Positions 24,956 through 37,900 of a stretch of DNA of 64,000 nt are shown here, one piece after another. Source of the stretch: Azolla caroliniana (lineage: Eukaryota; Plantae; Polypodiophyta); contig JBHGNT010000010.1 in NCBI GenBank assembly GCA_043228905.1, forward strand, positions 11,532,001 through 11,596,000, in the 5' to 3' direction. Every line of letters begins with the position of its first letter. Positions within the stretch are counted from its first letter, which is position 1. A program made the position numbers and the translations under genes. Under the pieces are notes generated by a model. That model saw nothing but the letters and a program-made list of their open reading frames with translations. It had not been told where the DNA came from and searched no databases.

Positions 24956-27049
24956 CTAAAGGATTCATTTCGTCACCTCACCTCACCTCACCTCCTTTCC
25001 TTCCATGTCTTGCAGCAATTGCTTCCTTACACATCTTTAACACAAATAACCAAACCCACCCTATCATCATCATCATTATCATCACTATTCCTACATACAT
25101 ACTCTGCATATATACATAACATACATAACATACATACATACATTGATACTCTACAATCACATCTGCATCGGCTTCGTGGGTGGGTTCAATTCCCTCGGCG
25201 CCAATGACCTAATCTCTTCCTTTCCTCTTTCACTTCACACTCACAATTGCTAGCTAGTGAAGTATGCTTCAGATTTGAAACCCATTCTTTGATTGATTGC
25301 TCCATAAGGGAGGGGGCCAAGCATTTTGATGAATACCAAAACCAAAACATGGACCCCCCGAGTATTTTGGTGTACTTCGAGAAGAGGACTAGAGTGGAAA
25401 GCAACGTCGATTATGATATATGACCCCAAGATTTGTCCTTGGAAATTTGTTTACTTTCGGCAATCATCTAATATGCTCATTGTGAAGTTGCTTTATGACG
25501 TAAAACCCTCGAGATGTGGCTCACAAAATGTTGAGCCTTTGCTATTTCGATGATATGTTCGTGCAAAATCTCAAGCATCATAAATTTAAGCCAAAATTTC
25601 TCTTCCCAACCAAAACAAGGAGTCACTCTTATGCCTAAGTTACTTAATTAGAAATGTTAATCGTTCTTGAGCTTACATTAGGCTCAAAATTCTACCTAGT
25701 TTATTTTTATCTAGATCAAATTTGGAAAGGTGTGATGTAAATACCCTTTCATGAAAGAAGGCGCCTTCATTCAAATTATCTTGATCAAATGCTTTATTTA
25801 TCAATTGGAATTGTTTGTATTGCAAACTAAGTGTAATAATTGTCAAGACTCTAGACACACAAAGAGAGAGAGAGCGAGAGAGAGAGAGAGAGAGAGATCA
25901 ACGTCTTCTAAGACCAAATTTGGCCCTTGAGACAATTGGTTTACAACAAAATTGGCGTATTTACCCATTCATTGAAAGTAAAAATAAAATAAAATGAGAG
26001 ACAGACAGACAGACAGAAAGTAAAAATAAAATAAAATGCGCTCTCTATCGACAACGGAATTGGGCACAAAGATAAGCGTTAGAAAACTCTCGATTAGAGC
26101 TTCATAACAAGATATAGCAAGTTAAATTTGGTGCTCTATATGAGAAGTAGCGATAGAAATAAGGAAGCTTGTGTTGTCGACATCCACATACTCAACACAC
26201 ATTGCGGGTCTTATATTGTCTTCATCATCTTCGGCCTCTTCAATCGGGTGAGTTTCGGTTGTCTCTCTTGTTCATGGAAATTTGTTTTTATCCCGGATCC
26301 AAATCACATCAAGAATAATGGATATAAACATGAATTCCTCACAAATTGTGGGGGACATCGATATGGAAATGATTTATAAAAAAAAGAGTAATGTGATGGT
26401 TGAATGTAATTGTGAAAGGGACGACATTGGAAGCTCTAAGAGGTTTAAGGGTATTGAGGAAATTAATGACAAAAAATTGACATACGCCGAAGTAATACAT
26501 GTAGATGAGGTTGACAAGGATAATTGTAATTGGGATAATTTATGGGGAATTGCCAATGCATTGTTGTATGATATTGTGGAAGAAAATGAAAATGAAGTTG
26601 AAAGAATGCATTGATGAGGATGTGCATGATGTGGAAGTTGATGCTAAGGCAGTGTTGCAATCTTTTGATGTATTCTATGATTGTGTGGTTATATTCTTTT
26701 TTACCGGGAAACTCCCATACATTAATTGGATAAAATAATGGTTGAACAATAGTACGTAAAATTCGTGTTCGTCTAGCATAACATTTGTTTTCCTACGTTG
26801 GAAAACGAATGCAAATGTTATTCAAACACTCTTGTGTTTTTTTCCCATTTTCTTAATGTTTTTTTTAGTTTTTTTCCATTTTTTAGGCTTATTTACTTCA
26901 TAATAAATAGTTAATCCAATAATATGGTATTTATCATTCTTTGAGGGTGTTTTCTTACGCGAATGATTGAAACATTCACGAATGTGAATGCACGTATGGT
27001 TCATACTATGGGTTTAACACAATCGTGTCACCAAATTGTGTTGAAAATA

Positions 27050-28255
27050 TATATGCAAGACCATGAGGGTTTTATGATGTAGTATTTCGTACACCGGAAC
27101 ATCGAAGTGGATTGTTGGCTAAAGTTCCTATGTTTTTTTATAAATTATTGGTGCATGTAATGCAATGGTCCCCCATAGTGGACTATCATGCTTTGTTAAA
27201 ACAAGAATGCCTTGTTTGGGTAAAGGTGGATTGTAAACATTCTTTTTTATGGCCACTTTTATTAGAGTTGATGAGTCAAATGGGTAAAGTGTTAGTATCT
27301 CCACATGCAAAAAAACAAATAAGTGCAAAATTTGTGTATTATGGGATATAAGTCGTAAGAGGCCAGGATGGGTGCGTATGAACAAACCTGGTATGAAAAG
27401 ACTTTGTTTTAAATTGAAGTGGGAGACATTTGCAAGTCATTGTTTTGGATGTGGTGAATGGGATCACTTTATGGCGGAATGCCATCGTCATTGTCCTTCA
27501 ACTATAGAGGTTCCTAATGAAGGGAATTATGGTAAGGAAGGAGTTGGGAGAGATGTTCGTGTGTCAGATATTATGGTTGTCATGGATGAAGGAACATCAT
27601 CTAGAAGAGGTTATAAAGAGGTCTCACTTCAAGGTTTGGGCCCTAAGGAGAAAAACCGTTGGATAGAGCTAGTAGTGATGTTGTTGACAAAGATTGGCAT
27701 CAGGTTAAGTGCAAGTCAAAAGGGAAAATCAATGAAAATGCAACGTAATAGTTTGCTCATTACTCATGAGACTGCTTGGCAAGGTAATTCAGGAACTAGG
27801 GAGGGTCCTCGAAAAGTTCCTTGGAACCGACAATTTAGGGATAAGGGATTACCCATTCACCTTCAATTTGATTCATTAGGACGGGTTGTAAAATAATCGA
27901 ATTCTCGAGGTTTTCGTCAAGTGGGAGGACCTAAACAGAGGATTTCGATAGACAACCCTAAGGATGTGGTGCATGAGAAATCCATATGCAACATAGAAAC
28001 ATGATTTGACTAGTTTCATGACATAAGTTGCTCTAAAGGAGCAAGTGCACACATAACATTGTTGATTGAATGAAAGTGGTAACATGGAATGTGAGAGGGG
28101 CATGTTCTCCTCATAAGAGGTATATATTATGGGAAACTTTGTTAAGTAAAGAATGGTATGTATTATGTGCAGTTGAGCATAAGTGTCATGAGTTAGTAGG
28201 ATCAACAATTCATTTGCGTAGATATTCATCATTCTATGCAGGACATCTTGTGATA
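27050..28255 (+). mobile_element. Degenerate L1-type LINE 5' part (ORF1 zinc knuckle and start of the APE endonuclease)
   Basis: CFGCGEWDHFMAEC knuckle in ORF 27372-27896; MKVVTWNVRG at 28070. Confidence 0.75.
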
Positions 28256-28901
28256 TAAGAAACATTTCGTGTTGGATAAATGGTTAAGTTTTAACTTGAT
28301 TTGTTATTTGAGGCTTTACTCTTTAAGGCTGTGTAATCTTTGAAGGTTTAAGTTGATTTATTTTTCGAAGCTTTAAGTTTTAAGTCTGTGTATTTTTTGA
28401 AGTATTAAGTATTAAGTTGATTTGTTATTTGAAATTTGAAGTTCTAAGTTTTAAGTCCGGTGTAATTCATCGATTTGGGAAGTTTTAATGTTTCAGTTTT
28501 AATTTCATCGATTCAAGAGTTGTCGGGGTGACTATAGTTGTCAGAGTTGGGCGACTAATGACAAACTTTTTTATTCACACATTTTTTTTTATCCAATCGG
28601 AGGGTGCAGAACGCACACGCCCTCAGCTGAGTGACCTGCACCGTCCGTGGCCGCGATTCCCTCGCCAACCCTCTTTATGATTTAGGTGTGCAAATAGATA
28701 CATACGAGGCTGTATGCATGCATGCATGCATGTATGCATGCATGTATGTATGTATGTATGTATGTACTCATCATCATCATCATCATCATCATCATTGATC
28801 TTCTTCTTCTTCTCTTCTTCCTGCTGCTTTTCGAGTCTCCTCCCCCCCTTCCCTGACTGACTTCATTCCCCTCATATCCATTTACATTTGAGTTCGTCAG
28901 A

Positions 28902-31900
28902 ATGAGCGTCACATTTGATGGATATGAGAGACAGTACTGCGAGCTGTCCACCAATTTGTCACGGAAGTGCTCGTCTCTTGCAGCCATCTCTGGAGGTAAC
29001 TCTCTCGCTCTCATCATTACCATCCTCATCTTCTCTTTGTGCACCATTACAATCCTATGCTTAACACTTCTTTCTGATGTGCAAATTTCATGGTTCTAAA
29101 TCTTTATCTTTTCGTTCTGTACATGATGAGGTTCTGCTCTGTTTTTGTTTTTCCTGTCTAACTTGCTTTTTCTACTTCGTTGACTGGTAATAAAAAATTA
29201 TTGTCTAAATATTCATTCATTTCTTCCATGGTAATGTTGTGTTTCTTGCATCTTTTGTCATGCATTTTCTGTTACTTATTGGGTATTTACCACAGAAAAA
29301 CCCTAAAAAATAAAAGTCGATGTCTTTTCATCTTCTGGGGTTCCAAGAAATTCAGAGATGGCATGTTAAAGAATGTTTACATGAGCACGTTCAGGAAAAG
29401 CAAGGGATGGTAGAAAAACTGCCAATGTTTTACTCAGCCGCATTGAAACCCCTACACACAATATAATTCAGCAACTACCCTACTTTTCTATTTATGCTAA
29501 CCATTTCAGGATTCCCACACCTATATGGTTGGCGATAGTGCTTTGTACCAACTATTGATTCTGCGGGCCATTTGTCCCCCACTTGTGGATGTTAATATAA
29601 CCTAGCCATCTCTCTCAGTGTACTTTGTAATTGCTTCTTCGCTCCAAATGCAAGCTTGTGAACTTCAGATTATTCATTCCATATATAATAGTTATGAATT
29701 TCATGCGTGTAAACCATCTGAAGAATCATTACCAATTAAAAGTCCACTTCATTCAAGAAGATTATGTCAATTAGGCCCATTTTTCATTAGTTTGAATAAC
29801 CTGAAGTCACCTGTAATAAACTCCATCTGAACCACAACCGCGCCATCGTTTGCATTGATAGTTAAAACTGAAATCCATTATCATCCTACACCAAAGATGC
29901 CACACTCACTTCAGAGACTGCCCTATCTTGGATCGCCTCATGTTGGAGATATTATGAAGGCAGAAATTTCAGACCATATAAGTTAAGAATGTCAAGTGCT
30001 TAGCTAACAAGATTCTCTGATACCTCAGTGAGTTCTACTAATGTAGCTACATCTCTTTTGGCTTCTTGTTCTCATAAAAGAGACAACATTTTGAGATGTA
30101 ATCTCTTGTTTAGTCTCATTGGCAATAAATTTCGTCATTGTTGCAATGGGACGAACCTTTTTGTTTGCCATTTTTAGCCTTTTTGACACTTTTTATGCGT
30201 AGATAGATAGATGCACCATGCATATATTTGTTTTGTTTTTTATTCTTATGTCACCCCAATCCAGTTGCCTTCCAAGGAGCTTTCTGACTCCCATTCTGGA
30301 GTTCATATGACTGATTTCTTTTTTGTTAAATACCTAAATTCAAGTTGTCAAATTTGATACTAATGTAAGTCAATTTGAAATAATTAGTTTCCTTATTATT
30401 TATGTCACCTTCTAGAGAAAATGCGGGCATTAATCCAAGTTTACTTTATTATAGAGAAGAAGAATCAAAAGCTGGCAGAGTTAAATGCTGGTGTGAAGGA
30501 AGCTGAATCTTTGGTATGTTAAGAAAACTAATATAATCATCATGTTTTGATTGGGTCTATCATTAAATAAGCTGAAAATAGAGTATTGGCAAACTTGCAG
30601 ATTTGTAAAATGGACTTGGAGGCACGAAGTTTAAAACCAAGTCAAAAATCAGCTCTTCTAGCAAAGCTTAGAGAATACAAGTCAGACTTAAACAACTTGA
30701 AGAAGGATGTGAAGAGGGCAGCTTCATCTGTTGACTATATTAATTCAAGAGAGGATTTGATGGAGTCAGGCCTTGCAAATCATGGCATAGTATGATTATC
30801 TTCAATATCTATTTGTTTTCACCGATTTCTGATGGTGTTGTTTGAAAATGGATTAATTGAAGGATCCTTGAATCACATGTAGGATTCTGTGGATCAAAGA
30901 GAAAGGTTGCTGATGTCGACAGAAAGATTGAACCAATCTGGTGATCGGATCAAAGAAAGTAAGAGAGTGATGCTTCAAACTGAAGAGCTAGGTGTCAGCA
31001 TTCTTCAAGATCTTCACCAACAACGCCAAACTTTGTTACATGCCACTGATACGGTGAGGGAGATTTTATTATTGTCGTCAAGAGACCAAATTCAATATTA
31101 CTGTGTACATAACTGTCCACCATTTTGAATGGTTTCTTATGGGTCATGAAATGATGAAACGCACCAAAAAAATAATTCGAATTTAAAATTTAGATATAAA
31201 AACCTAAAATGAAACGTGAGGATATAGAACAAAGCTTAAAATTACAGATCTGAAGTAGGTTTCAAATTGCCTTGGACCTTAACCAATATTTGATCTACAT
31301 AAATGTTGAAATGATGAAACGTGACCCCCTAAAAAATAATTTGAATTCTAAAATTTAGGTATGAAAACCTGATATAAGATTCACATTCTAGTCTTAAAAA
31401 GTGAGGATATAGAAAAACGCTTAAAATTACAGGCCTGAAGTAGGTTTCAAATTGCATTGGACCTTAACCAAGATTCAATCTACATAAATGTTGAAATGAT
31501 GAAACGTGCCCCCTAAAAAATAATTTGAATTCTAAAAAACCTGATATAAGATTCACATTCTAGACTTAAAAAGGGAGGATATAGAACGAAGCTTAAACAT
31601 ATAGGTCTGAGGTAGGTTTCAAATGACCTTTGCCCTTAACCAAATTCGATCTATAATAAATAATTTGAATTTTAAAATTTAGAAATAAAAACCTAACATA
31701 AGATTTGAAAGGGTCAGAAATGATGTCAATAGAGCTGAGGAACACGCAGGAGTCACCAAAGTATGGGTTCTTTAGGGGCAGCAATAGAGCAATGCTGAAA
31801 TAGAGAGCGTAGTAGTTGGAGGAGCTCACCCTTTGAAGTGAGATCCAAAAGTTCTAACTTATGTTTTATGTGACCCATTTAGGGTTGGCCAAGTTCACAT

Positions 31901-34900
31901 TGAACTTGGCCCAAAAATAAAGAATAAGTGATAAGTGACTTTTGGCCTTTATAATTAGGCCTATACACATGTATAAGGGGGTCATATAGGGCCTTTACCC
32001 CAACAACCTCCCACTTAAAGGCATAAATGACGCTTTAAAGCTATGCAACTCCCACCATCTATATACATATATGATGTTGTGCTTTGGGTAAGCACTTGGT
32101 GAGTACATCTGCAGGGTTTTGTGATGTGTGGACCTTTATCGATGTGATAAGGCCATCCTCAAGCACTTCTCGAATGAAATGATGTCGCACATCAATATGT
32201 TTTGTGCGTGCATGAAACCTAGCATTATTTGCCAAACAGATGGCACTTTGGCTATCACAACCAAGCATAGGTGCCTTTTCAAGCAAACCAAACTCATTGC
32301 AAAGACGTGCTAACCATACTGCTTCCTTGGAAGCCTTGTGGCTGAAATATATTCAGCCTCGGTAGTGGACGAAGCAACAAGCTTTTGCAGCCTACTGCAC
32401 CATGATACAACAACACCTGCAAGTGTGAATACATAACCACTTGTGAATTTCCGTGTATCCACATCACCTACCATGTCAAAGTTACAGAAACCCTTTAGCT
32501 CTACATCATTGCTTCCTTGGAAGCCTCAGTGGCTGAAATATATTCAGCCTCGGTTGTGGACAAAGCAACAACCTTTTGCCACCTACTGCACCATGATACA
32601 CCACCACCTACAAGTGTGAATACATAGCCACTTGTGGATTTCTGTGTATCCACAACACTTGCCATGTTAGAGTCATAGAAATCCTTCAGCTTTGAGGGGT
32701 CTTTTGCATAATAGAGGCATTTATTTTTAGTCCGTATTAAGTACCTCCAATGGACTTTATTGCATTCCAATGTGCCTTGCTCGGATTAGCCATGAATCAG
32801 CTTACAACTCCCACTGCGTAGGCAATATCAGGTCTAGTAATAACCATAGCATACATAAGTGAACCACAAGTTGAAGCATAAGGTACACCTTGCATGCCAT
32901 CGATTGAAGGGAAACACGAGGATTAGGGTTTAGGTCAACCAGAGAGGGAGAGAGTCTGAGTGAGAGACAAAGGGAGAGAAAGAGAGAGAGATGCACACTG
33001 TCTTGAGTACAAAGAGTGTACCACTTTTTTGGTTTTTAGATATTATGTATATACAAGTAAAAAATGTGGTACGAGTGTGTTCACACTCGTGCACTAATAA
33101 AAGGCACGATGGCCCTTTATTCCCAACAATCTCCCACCTAAAGGCAATGTGCCGTGAGAAAAAAAGAAGAAAGTCAGCTAAGTCCAAGTATGTACAAAGC
33201 TGAACTACATACATCTATCCAACTCCCATCATCTATCGGCAATGAGCAAATCGCTCAGTTGAAAGACCCTTCGTGAGAAGATCTGCAGGATTATTATTTG
33301 TATGTACTTTGACAAGCTCAATGTTCTTGCTGTCAAGTACATCTCTGTTGAAGTGATACTTCACCTGTATCGTCTTTGAATGAAAGATGGGATTCCGAAC
33401 TAGCATGATAGCACTCTGACTGTCACAATGAAGAATATGTAACTCTGTAATGCCAAGATCTCTCACTAGGTATGAAAGCCATAAAGCCTCCTTGCATGCC
33501 TCAGTGGCAGCAACATACTCTGCCTTTGTAGTAGACAATGCAACACACTTTTGTAGTCTTGAGATCCAAGAGACCGCTCCTCCTGTGAAAGTAATAAAGG
33601 TAAAGAGGGATGTTTGACGGATCAGCTATTGAGAGACGACGTTCAGCACACAGGACTGTAGTAGAGATGAGAGTAGAGACACGCAGATCTTTGGTGTAAC
33701 CAACCGCCTTGATTGGTACACAAGAAAAAAGAAGTTATTATATTAGTTAACCTTACAAAGAAAGTGGTGTGTTCACATTATAAAAGGAGGTGTCCTGTCC
33801 AGGTGAACAATGTGTTCACATATACGAATAATTACCTAATTTGTAAACTACGGGCCTTTACACCTAACAACCTCCCACTTAAACATTCAAGTAACTCCCA
33901 CTAACTGTATGCAATACTCATGTTGAGCTTTGCTAAGACTTTTAGTGAGAATATCTGTAGGATTATCCTGTGTTTTGATCTTGGTCAATGTGACTAGACC
34001 ATCCTCCAAAACTTGTCTGATAAAGTGATGTCGCACATCAATGTGTTTGGTGCGCGAATGAAACATGGCATTCTTAGCCAGATACACAACACTCTGGCTA
34101 TCACATCCTAACACAGGAGTACTAACATACATGCCAAGATCTTCACAAAGTCTGCTGAGCCATATAGCTTCCTTTGAAGCTTCTGTAGCTGAAATGTCAT
34201 GTGAACTTAGCAGTAAGTGGGAGCTTGCAATGAAAGAAGAAATAAAATCTTTATATGCAAATGATACATGGGATCTTGTGTCCTTACCTCAAGGAAGGAA
34301 AGCTCTTCCAAATAAGTGGGTTTATAAGGTAAAGGAAGTTGAAGGGAAACCAAAATACAAGGCAAGATTAGTTGCCAAGGGTTATGCACAGAAGGAAGGT
34401 ATTGACTTCCAAGAGGTCTTCTCTCCTGTTGTGAAGATGACCACACTTCGTGTGCTATTTGCTATCACTGCAATGCTTAATTTGGAGTTGTACCAAATGG
34501 ATGTAAATGACGGGAACTCAAAGGCTCCTTATGTCCAACGCTCGGCCACAATCGAGATTCTTTTCATACACAAAAAACGGGAAACAAATGCACGACACAA
34601 AGGAGAGAAAACAAAGGTAGACAGGATGTTTACGTGGAAAACCCAAACTGAGGGAAAAACCACGGCAGCCCACAGGCTGCAAACTATCGCTATATTGGAA
34701 TGTACAAACAGTGAGTTCACGGAGGCAATGACCTCGTGCTCACGATCTTCGCCACAGGCGGCGGTTACAACAGAGGCAACGACCTCGTTCTCTCTCTCTC
34801 TCAACCTGTACACTGTTACACGCTCTCTCTTCTTGCACCAACAAGAAAATGACAACAACAGTTTCTAAAAGTTTGCCCTAAATCATATTTATACTAATAT

Positions 34901-37900
34901 GACTTTTCGGCTATTTACAAATGTAGCCTCGATGGGCTCTCAGAAACATATTTACGAATATGTCTCTTCATCCGGTTCATACCGGGCCTGCACCATCCGG
35001 CTCTCCGTAGCCGGGTACTCCTCATACGGTTTCGGCCGAGGCCTATCGGCCTTGGCCGAGTTTGTTCATCGGCATTGATCTTCTCCCTTCCCATCCGGAG
35101 GGACCTGTCTCCCAACAGTAAAGACCACTTTTTTGCATGGTGATATTGATGAAGAGATCTACATGAAACAACCTGAGGGTTTTGTAGTCTCTAACAAGGA
35201 GCATTTGGTATGCAAACTAAAACGTAGCTTGTATGGCCTAAAACAAGCACCACGACAGTGGTATAAGAAGTGTGATACTTTTATGCTTTCTCAAGGCTTT
35301 GATCGTAGCTATGTAGATCATTGTTTATACACGAAAAAGGATATCGATGACAGTCCTATCATACTTGTTCTATATGTGGATGATATGTTGCTAGCTGGGA
35401 AAAGAAACACTAGTCTTGATGCTCTAAAAGATCAACTGAAATTGGTCTTCTCTATGAAAGATTTGGGAAATGCAGAGCATATTTTGGGCATGAAAATCAG
35501 TAGAAACAGAAAAGACAAATTGTTGTTTTTGTCACAAGAAAAGTACATTGAAAAAGTGCTTAACAGATTTAATATGGCAGAAGCAAAGTCCCTTGGAGTT
35601 CCTTTGCCGTCATATCTTAAACTCAGCAAGGCTGATTGTCCAAAGGATGAGATGGAAATCAATGCTATGAAGGGAATTCCTTATGCATCAACATGTGGTT
35701 CTCTAATGTATGCTATGGTAGCTACTCGTCCAGATATTGCTTATGCAGTGGGAGTTGTTAGTCGCTATATGTCTAATCCCGGGAAAGCACATTGGGAGGC
35801 TGTCAAGTGTGTTTTCAGGTATCTTAAAGGTACACAAAGAAAATATTTATGCTATGGGAATGGTGTATTAAGTTTGCAGGGATATTGTGATGCAGACATG
35901 GCAGGTGACTTGGATACACGTAAGTCTACTAGCGGGTATATATTTACAATTACTGGTGGAGCAGTGTCTTGGTGCTCCAAATTGCAAAAGATTGTAGCAC
36001 TAAGTACTACTGAGGCTGAATATATTTCAGCTACAGAAGCTTCAAAGGAAGCTATATGGCTCAGCAGACTTGGTGAAGATCTTGGCATGTATGTTAGTAG
36101 TCCTGTGTTAGGATGTGATAGCCAGAGTGTTGTGTATCTGGTTAAGAATGCCATGTTCATTCACGCGCCAAACACATTGATGTGCAACATCACTCTATCA
36201 GACAAGTTTTGGAGGATGGTCTAGTCACATTGACCAAGATCAAAACACAGGATAATCTTGCAGATATTCTCACTAAAAGTCTTGGCAAAGCTCAACATGA
36301 GCATTGCATACAGTTAGTGGGAGTTACTTGAATGTTCACATGGGACCTTTAAGTGGGAGGTCGTTAGGTGTAAAGGCCCGTACTTCGCAAATTAGATAAT
36401 TGTTCGTATATGTGAACACATTGTTCACCTGGACAGGACACCTCTTTTTTGTAATGTGAACACACTTCTTTCTTTGTAGGGCTAACTAATATAATATCCT
36501 TTTTTTCTTGTGTACCAATCAAGGCTGTTGGGTACACCCAAAAATCTGTGCCTCTACTCTCATCTCTACTACAGTCTTGTTTGCTGAATGTCATCAATCA
36601 ATAGCTGCTCCCTCAAACATCCCTCTTTACCTTTAAATGTAAGAGCAAAAGCCCCAAATTTTAGGCTCTGTTTTGCAGAAAATTATAGCAAAATACAACT
36701 TGTCATAGATGGATAAATTGGCTGAAATCTAGTAGGATATGTCTTCCTATGAATGTGTTCAGCACGTTGATAGTGAAAAAACCTGAAAAACCCTGAGAAT
36801 TTTCTGGAACCACTGATATTTTGCTGAAAAACACCTGTTTTAGCATGTAAATCACTTAAGAACAGCCTGTTATGGACAGTTGAGATGTCCAAGAAGTTCC
36901 TCGAAGCTCCGGAGCAAGGTTCGTTGCGATAGAGCTGAGGAACACACGGGAGTCACCAAAGTATAGGCTCTTTAGGTGCAATAGTAGAGCGATGGCTGAA
37001 ATGGAGAGCACAACAGTTAGAGAAGCTTACCTTTTGAAGTGGGATCCAAAAGTGCTAAACTTATGTTTTATATTAACTGATTTAGGGTTGGCCAAGTTCA
37101 CACTGAACTTGTCCCAAAAATAAAAAATAAGTGATAAGTGACTTTGGGCTTTATAATTAGCCCAATTATTCTCATGCTGTATGGAGATAGTATGCTGTAT
37201 GGAGAACTCTGAATGCTCTAAAACTGCAGCTGAAGTCTGCATTCTCAATGAAAGACCTTGGGAAAGCTGAGCATATTCTTCGTATACGAATAAAAAGGGA
37301 TAGGCAGCAATATACTTTGCATTTATCTCAAGAAAGTACATTGAAAAAGTGCTGGACAGATTCAATTTGGCCGATGCTAAGCCTCTTGGAGTGTCATTGC
37401 AGCCACATGTTAAGCTTTCCAAGGATGATTGTCCCAAAGATGATGATGCAGCTAGTTCAATGAAGAATGTTCAATATGCATTATCTTGTGGTTCACTTAT
37501 GTATGCTATAGTTACCACTCGGCCAAACATTGCTCATGCAGTTGGAGTATTGGTAGGTTCATGGCTAATCTTGGTAGAGCTCATTGGGAGGTAATCAAAT
37601 CTATCTTAAGGTATTTGAAAGGGATCAAAGGTAAATGCTTATGTTATGGAAAGGGTCTATTAGAGTTAAAAGGATTTTGTGACGGGTGATGTGGATACAT
37701 GCAAGTCCACAAGTGGCTTGTTAGGACCAAATTTTCAAGTGCGTACGGATAGGCACACGATGGTTAGAGAGAGTAGTGACTCTCGATGTTCAAGAACTTT
37801 ACCAATGAATGTTGCAATCGACAGTGCACTTTGTGGTTGTGAAAGAAATTCATGCAAGCATTGAGCTTGGTCGAAGATGTGTGGAAATCATGGTCGAATA

